This document shows, in pieces, positions 34,443-39,344 of a DNA stretch of 39,344 bases (position 1 is the first letter of the stretch; the number at the start of each line of letters is the position of its first letter). The notes under the pieces are model-generated. The model searched no databases. It saw only the letters and a list, made by a program, of their open reading frames with translations, and had not been told where the DNA came from. The stretch comes from a virus. Location of the stretch: UHGV virus genome UHGV-0031292; one strand, given 5' to 3'. The position numbers and the translations under genes are program-made.

Positions 34443-36890
34443 ATGACGGTATCAACCGAAGTTGACCACAACGAATACACCGGTAACGGTGTTACAACGG
34501 CATTCCCTTATACCTTCAGGATTTTCCAGAAATCTGATTTAGTAGTGCAGGTTGTTGACCTGAACGAGAACATCACAGAGCTGATTCTTGATACTGATTA
34601 CATAGTCACTGGTGCTGGAGGGTATAACGGCGGCAATGTAATTCTGTCGAAGGCGTTGGCTAACGGTTATCAGATTTCTATATCAAGAGAGCTACCGGTT
34701 ACGCAGGATACCGATCTGCGCAACCAGGGTAAGTTCTTCGCTGAGGTGCATGAAGACGCATTCGATAAACTGACGATGCTGATACAGCAGGTTAGAAGTT
34801 GGTTTAGGTTGGCTCTGCGTAAACCATCATTTATTGCTAATTATTATGATGCCTTGAACAATTATATTCGCAATCTTCGTGACCCGTCACGGCCTCAAGA
34901 TGCAGCCACAAAAAATTATGTTGATAACTTATCAGTAACGAATTCAAACAGGGCTATACGAGTACCTGAACCATTTATATCATCGCTTCCTGATATTGAT
35001 GGTAGAAAAAACAAATCATTAAGCTTTGATAACGCAGGGGAACCATTGCTTTTAGATCCTGCTCAAAGCGGATTATGGGGTTATGTTCTGATTGATTCGT
35101 TTCAACTTGGAGCGAATATAACGACTAGATTCCAGGCACTACACTGGTCTTTACCTGATGGTAATGGTGAGTATTATCGTTGGGATGGAGAACTCCCAAA
35201 AATAGTTATGCCCGGTTCAACGCCAGATAGTTCTGGGGGCATTGGTCCTGGGGCTTGGTTGAGCGTTGGTGATGCTACACTACGATCCATGCTTTCATCA
35301 TGGAAAGGTTATTCATTTATAGATAATGGGAATCTTTCTTTATACAAAAAGAAAGGCTTGTTCGGTGACGCAGGGGAAGTTGAAACCTCATATGATGTTG
35401 TACAGCATTCTGATGGTTTCTGGTATAAATACACCGGAAGTCTGCCTTTTACTTATGGGGCAGCACCTGATTCCTTATGGGTAAATGTTGGTAATCTTAC
35501 CGGTTTTCCTGAGAATTCCCCGGAAAACTTTGGAGCTATTCCAGGGGTTGAAACATCTGATTGCCTACCCGCAATTAAATTGGCTATTTTAACTGGAACT
35601 CTACGACTAACCCCTGGAGAGACATATTATGTTTCTGATGAGGTTATCATCCCGTCTAACCTTATAATGTTTACAAACTCTGCAACAATTAAAGCGATGC
35701 CATCAGTAACATGGACGGGTAAAGCTGTCGTTAGGGCTAGCAAAAAGCCAGTAGGAACATCCCCGGACCTTTCATTGCCTGAACAACAAGTTCGTGGAAT
35801 TAGGCACATTGGTACATTAAATATTGATGCTAACAATGTTGCGCCTTACGGTTTTTATGGTTTTGGTGTAGTTGCAGAATCTGTCACAGACATTATATAT
35901 GCTTATAATGCCACAGAACTTGGAATTGTACTTCTTGGGAGTTGGTATCATAAAGTAAATCAATATATGGCAATTGATTGTGCAAGAGGTGTCTCTTTGG
36001 CGCATGGTTTCTCCGGTGAAACCGGAGATGTAAACGTTAATGGTGTTGAATTTGGTGTCGTCGCTGCGTATAACACATCAAAATCTTTGTCCTATGGGTA
36101 TGATCCGTATTCATCATCTTTAACCCCACAGCTCATAGGTGCCGGTGTCACTCTCGGGCAAGGATTGGCATCAAGAATAGGAACATTAATAGCTGAAACC
36201 ACAGCAGGCGCTGGTTTAGCTACTGTTAACGCTGTTAGTTGGTCTGTTGGTTCTATGTACTTTGAAAAATGCAGTGAAGCGCTTGAAGATAGTGCAGAGC
36301 CTGATATTGCGATATTATCAACTACAGGAAATGTCGAGGACCACGTATTTGACGTCGGTAATATCCATTTTGGCATAGGGACTGGTATACTGCAAAGAGC
36401 AACGGCAAGTGAGTTTCTCAACATCCAATCCATATACCGTATAGACAATAAAAAAACATGGCATAGTTCCTCAAAGGCGTCTTCAAGTTTTGTAAATTTC
36501 GTAAACTATTACGTTCTCAACCCTTATGATTACGTTAAACCGGTTCAACTGACTAATGACGTAGGCAAGGATGTTATAAGTTCATCGGCAATGCTTAACT
36601 TTAAGGATTTTTCAAATACGCCAAATATCCCATTTTTTTATACTGGCGGTGATCTTGATATTAATATAAGCATATCAGATGGTTCGATTATTGGGCTTGG
36701 TATTCAGGTTCAGTCTGAAGATGGAATTGAATATATAACATGCACATCATCACCGTTTTCAGCAAAGCTAACAAAAAGGAGAAATGCTTATTCTGTTTAT
36801 TGGGTATCAATGGGAACTCCAGTTCAAGAAGCTACTGGCATGGGGGCGATTATAATAACAAAACAAAAAACTTCTCAATGGCTTCGTTAG
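34443..36890 (+). CDS. Tailspike protein (conserved N-terminal virion-attachment region, AT-rich variable C-terminal receptor-binding domain)
   Basis: 815-aa ORF at the end of the virion module; composition shifts to AT-rich from about 34.8 kb. Confidence 0.7.
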   Translation: MTVSTEVDHNEYTGNGVTTAFPYTFRIFQKSDLVVQVVDLNENITELILDTDYIVTGAGGYNGGNVILSKALANGYQISISRELPVTQDTDLRNQGKFFAEVHEDAFDKLTMLIQQVRSWFRLALRKPSFIANYYDALNNYIRNLRDPSRPQDAATKNYVDNLSVTNSNRAIRVPEPFISSLPDIDGRKNKSLSFDNAGEPLLLDPAQSGLWGYVLIDSFQLGANITTRFQALHWSLPDGNGEYYRWDGELPKIVMPGSTPDSSGGIGPGAWLSVGDATLRSMLSSWKGYSFIDNGNLSLYKKKGLFGDAGEVETSYDVVQHSDGFWYKYTGSLPFTYGAAPDSLWVNVGNLTGFPENSPENFGAIPGVETSDCLPAIKLAILTGTLRLTPGETYYVSDEVIIPSNLIMFTNSATIKAMPSVTWTGKAVVRASKKPVGTSPDLSLPEQQVRGIRHIGTLNIDANNVAPYGFYGFGVVAESVTDIIYAYNATELGIVLLGSWYHKVNQYMAIDCARGVSLAHGFSGETGDVNVNGVEFGVVAAYNTSKSLSYGYDPYSSSLTPQLIGAGVTLGQGLASRIGTLIAETTAGAGLATVNAVSWSVGSMYFEKCSEALEDSAEPDIAILSTTGNVEDHVFDVGNIHFGIGTGILQRATASEFLNIQSIYRIDNKKTWHSSSKASSSFVNFVNYYVLNPYDYVKPVQLTNDVGKDVISSSAMLNFKDFSNTPNIPFFYTGGDLDINISISDGSIIGLGIQVQSEDGIEYITCTSSPFSAKLTKRRNAYSVYWVSMGTPVQEATGMGAIIITKQKTSQWLR

Positions 36891-36893
36891 ATA

Positions 36894-37085
36894 ATGGCTT
36901 TATATAATGAAGCTATAATTATTTACGTTATAAGACATGATGTTTTGCATGGTAACCAATATTGGTTGTCTGGAGATGTATGGGGGCTAGTCTACAATAT
37001 AATCAGTCCTGATAATGCAAATTACAGTTACATGTATAAAAGGCCTAGCGGTAAAATAACATTATTCAACACATTTACACCATAA
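36894..37085 (+). CDS. Small AT-rich hypothetical ORF after the tailspike (doubtful)
   Basis: 63-aa ORF, no clear ribosome-binding site; followed by terminator. Confidence 0.2.
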   Translation: MALYNEAIIIYVIRHDVLHGNQYWLSGDVWGLVYNIISPDNANYSYMYKRPSGKITLFNTFTP

Positions 37086-37090
37086 AGTAC

Positions 37091-37128
37091 AAAGCGCCAT
37101 CTATATTATTGTAGATGGTGCTTTTAAT
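37091..37128 (+). terminator. Intrinsic terminator after the tailspike region (GCGCCATCTA...TAGATGGTGC plus T-run)
   Basis: Inverted repeat followed by TTTTAATTTT. Confidence 0.5.
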
Positions 37129-37241
37129 TTTATCTGTTTTTTTCGATATCAATTATTATATTTCAATTAAATAAATTACATAGCACATAAGTAACTTATA
37201 GCTTATAAAAATACGTTAGTTTTTAGAATGATAAGATTTAT

Positions 37242-37256
37242 CACCTTTAGGGTAAT
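37242..37256. promoter_or_regulatory. Palindrome copy (variant TCACCTTTAGGGTAA) upstream of the lysis cassette; promoter-like module with CCATATATGGTTT at 37288-37300
   Basis: Matches xxACC-N5-GGTAA; downstream element as in the portal and tailspike copies. Confidence 0.5.
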
Positions 37257-37359
37257 TTATGTATTGTCATGGTTAGGTAGTTAGATCCATATATGGTTTA
37301 TTGTGTATGATGAACTCACCAACTAAGGGGGTGTTAATGCACAGTAAACGGTGGTTGAT

Positions 37360-37764
37360 ATGTCAGCTCATCTAACCAGTGAGTCTTTAAATCAGTGGCT
37401 TAGCATGGGTTCTCTGGCTGCGGTCATTGCCGGGGTTCCTCCAGAGGTCGCTCTTGGTGCTTTATCCGGCGCGGTAATATTTATTACCTCTGCCGTTGAG
37501 TATCCAATACGCCGTCGAGTTCTCCTGTCGATGCTCAGCTTTCTCTGCGGGCTACTCTTCTACAAACCGACTGCATCAATTCTTATCGGCGTAGCCAGCC
37601 TGATCCCAACTATCACGCAGGACTCATTCGAGAAAGGGATCGTCTTTTCTGCTGGCGCGTTCGTGTCGGCAATCGTCGCAGTACGTATTGGAATCTGGCT
37701 CTATCACCGCTCAGATAATCCACGCGATTTAATCCCGGGGAGAAAAGACGATGACAACTCATGA
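37360..37764 (+). CDS. Holin (multi-pass membrane protein)
   Basis: Start MSAHLTSE; about 134 aa with several hydrophobic helices and charged C-terminus; first gene of lysis cassette. Confidence 0.6.
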   Translation: MSAHLTSESLNQWLSMGSLAAVIAGVPPEVALGALSGAVIFITSAVEYPIRRRVLLSMLSFLCGLLFYKPTASILIGVASLIPTITQDSFEKGIVFSAGAFVSAIVAVRIGIWLYHRSDNPRDLIPGRKDDDNS

Positions 37765-38059
37765 GCTGCTTTTACTTATTGCCAATGCAGTTATTTGTAC
37801 TGGCATAGCAATTCGCGTTGTCACATTCCGGCGTAACGGCTCTCAACATCGAAGATGGGGAGGGTGGCTTGCTTATTTCCTTATTGTTGCTGCGGCCAGT
37901 ATTCCTGTTCGTGTCGTCTATGCAATCTGGTTACGCACGCCAATGGCTGTGGATTTATCTGAGGTCATTATCAACGCTGTCATGCTTGCCGCTGTTATTA
38001 AAACACGCGGTAATGTTGTTCAGATTTTCAAAATATCGAGGTCTAAACATGGAGATTAA
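37751..38059 (+). CDS. Second small membrane protein of the lysis cassette (holin or antiholin-like)
   Basis: 102-aa ORF, 2-3 hydrophobic helices, overlaps neighbours. Confidence 0.5.
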   Translation: MTTHELLLLIANAVICTGIAIRVVTFRRNGSQHRRWGGWLAYFLIVAAASIPVRVVYAIWLRTPMAVDLSEVIINAVMLAAVIKTRGNVVQIFKISRSKHGD

Positions 38060-38678
38060 ACAATTCCAGCGAGCTGCTGGTATCAGCGAGTCGCTTGCCG
38101 CACGCTGGTTCTTGCATATAACTTCTGCGATGAAAGAGTTTGGTATCAGCAACACCGAAAATCAGGCAATGTTTATTGCCCAGGTCGGGCATGAGTCTGG
38201 TGGCTTCACCCGGTTGCAGGAGAATTTCAACTACAGCGTTACCGGACTGGCGAGCTTTGTCAGGACTGGACGCCTCACCCAGGGACAGGCTAATGCACTG
38301 GGGCGCCGTGCTGGTGAACCACCATTGCCACTCGAGCGCCAGCGCGCGATCGCAAATCTGGTGTACAGCAAACGCATGGGTAACAATGCTCCTGGTGATG
38401 GCTGGAATTACCGTGGGCGCGGGCTTATCCAGATTACCGGTTTGAATAACTATCGTGACTGCGGAAACGGCTTGAAAGTGGACCTGCTGGAGAATCCTGA
38501 ACTGCTGGCGCAGGATGAATATGCGGCTCGTAGTGCGGCGTGGTTTTTTGCCAGCAAAGGCTGCATGAAGTATACCGGCGATATTGCACGTGTAACTCTG
38601 ATTATCAATGGTGGCAGTAACGGCATAGACGACCGGCGTGCGCGGTACATCACAGCAAGTAAGGTACTGGCGGTATGA
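38049..38678 (+). CDS. Endolysin, glycoside hydrolase family 19-like (chitinase-type lysozyme)
   Basis: Start MEIKQFQ after GAGG; conserved [12 protein letters not shown] and GRGLIQITG motifs. Confidence 0.8.
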   Translation: MEIKQFQRAAGISESLAARWFLHITSAMKEFGISNTENQAMFIAQVGHESGGFTRLQENFNYSVTGLASFVRTGRLTQGQANALGRRAGEPPLPLERQRAIANLVYSKRMGNNAPGDGWNYRGRGLIQITGLNNYRDCGNGLKVDLLENPELLAQDEYAARSAAWFFASKGCMKYTGDIARVTLIINGGSNGIDDRRARYITASKVLAV

Positions 38679-39157
38679 TCTGGGCATTCGTAAAAGAATA
38701 CTGGAAACAGTTGATTATCATGGCGGTGCTTGCTGTTCTGGTCATATCAGGAGTTGTTGCCTGGAATGTACACGGCAGCCGTCAGTACGACACCGGGTAT
38801 GCGCAGGCGGAAGAAGACCGCAAAGCCGAAGAAGAAAAAGTTCGTCAGTACTACGAACAGGAGAAAGTGACTAATGAACGTGAAGCGCAGCAGAGGATCG
38901 ACCAGGCGCACAATGATGCTCTTGATGCTGCTGCTCGCGCTGGCAGGTTGCAGCAACAGCTCGTTGCCATCCGTGAGCAGCTCAGGCAGTATAACGCCAT
39001 TGTCGGCGCTGGGACGTCAGCCGCAGACACCGGAATTTTGCTTGCCGACGTGCTCAGCAAATCTCTCGAGAGAAACAGACAACTGGCAGAGTATGCTGAC
39101 CGGGCAGCCGAAGCCGGAAGAGTCTGCGAAAAACAGTACGACACCCTGACCAGATAG
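38675..39157 (+). CDS. i-spanin (Rz-like): N-terminal TM anchor plus coiled-coil periplasmic domain
   Basis: 160-aa ORF overlapping the endolysin stop; N-terminal hydrophobic helix then charged coiled-coil sequence. Confidence 0.7.
   Translation: MIWAFVKEYWKQLIIMAVLAVLVISGVVAWNVHGSRQYDTGYAQAEEDRKAEEEKVRQYYEQEKVTNEREAQQRIDQAHNDALDAAARAGRLQQQLVAIREQLRQYNAIVGAGTSAADTGILLADVLSKSLERNRQLAEYADRAAEAGRVCEKQYDTLTR
38874..39149 (+). CDS. o-spanin (Rz1-like) lipoprotein embedded in the +1 frame of the i-spanin gene
   Basis: Signal peptide with lipobox (LLLALAGCS), Pro/Ser-rich mature part, entirely within 38675-39157. Confidence 0.6.
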   Translation: MNVKRSRGSTRRTMMLLMLLLALAGCSNSSLPSVSSSGSITPLSALGRQPQTPEFCLPTCSANLSRETDNWQSMLTGQPKPEESAKNSTTP

Positions 39158-39267
39158 CATGGCATTTTTCATGGTACTGATTTTCTGTGACGGTATATAA
39201 AACGGTATGATGAAAATCATGTTGCAGAAAGTTGTTATCAGTCAATTGGTTATGCATGCCGTAAATA

Positions 39268-39284
39268 ATTGAGTGGGAATGATT
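39268..39284. repeat. attR core, 17-bp direct repeat ATTGAGTGGGAATGATT
   Basis: Exact copy of 61-77 at the far end of the prophage, followed by a terminator hairpin. Confidence 0.8.
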
Positions 39285-39307
39285 TGACCCTGCACTATGA
39301 ATGAACA

Positions 39308-39338
39308 AAACCCTCTGTTACTACAGAGGGTTTTTTAT
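39308..39338 (+). terminator. Rho-independent terminator hairpin (CCCTCTGT-TACT-ACAGAGGG plus T-run), probably the original guaA terminator
   Basis: Same stem as 123-152 with a different loop, followed by TTTTTT. Confidence 0.6.
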
Positions 39339-39344
39339 CTTCAA

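Larger units (their letters stand above)
61..39284. mobile_element. Integrated temperate prophage (about 39.2 kb, podovirus-like, epsilon15/phiV10-like architecture) between attL and attR
   Basis: Flanking 17-bp direct repeats, integrase next to the left repeat, complete immunity, replication, packaging, head, tail and lysis modules in between. Confidence 0.85.

Noticed and set aside
37818-38048. N-terminal extension of the endolysin ORF (286-aa version)
   Set aside because: Overlaps the second holin-like gene in another frame; the conserved GH19-like sequence begins at MEIKQFQ (38049), which has its own ribosome-binding site.
1-39344. CRISPR arrays, insertion sequences or transposases, rRNA genes
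   Set aside because: No regularly spaced short repeats with unique spacers, no transposase-like ORF or terminal inverted repeats, and no rRNA-like sequence were seen.

Overview
The window is essentially one complete temperate prophage of about 39.2 kb (nt 61-39284) inserted at the 3' end of host guaA and bounded by a 17-bp direct repeat (ATTGAGTGGGAATGATT). Its layout (podovirus-type portal, scaffold, capsid, two tail-tube-like proteins, several very large internal virion proteins, a mosaic tailspike, and a size near 39 kb) resembles epsilon15/phiV10-like phages; that assignment is from memory of gene order, not a database search. Left to right: a P4-type tyrosine integrase; a leftward early operon (AlpA-like excisionase, MT-A70 methyltransferase, RecT plus exonuclease); a divergent repressor/Cro switch; lambda O/P-like replication genes with iterons; early-right hypotheticals; terminase; an AT-rich moron with a tRNA-Arg(UCU); head and tail genes; an accessory cluster; tailspike; and a lysis cassette with embedded Rz/Rz1. 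The most notable signals are: (1) a 15-bp palindrome TTACC-N5-GGTAA present about 14 times (8 exact), only in intergenic DNA, at both early and late promoters; (2) a near-consensus LexA box in front of a small antirepressor-like gene next to a Bro-N antirepressor, while the repressor has no visible autocleavage domain; (3) accessory membrane/secreted-protein genes of unknown function (31.4-32.8 kb and 13.9-14.8 kb) that are candidate exclusion or defence cargo. Manually placed coordinates may be off by 1-2 nt; ORF-track coordinates are used where available.
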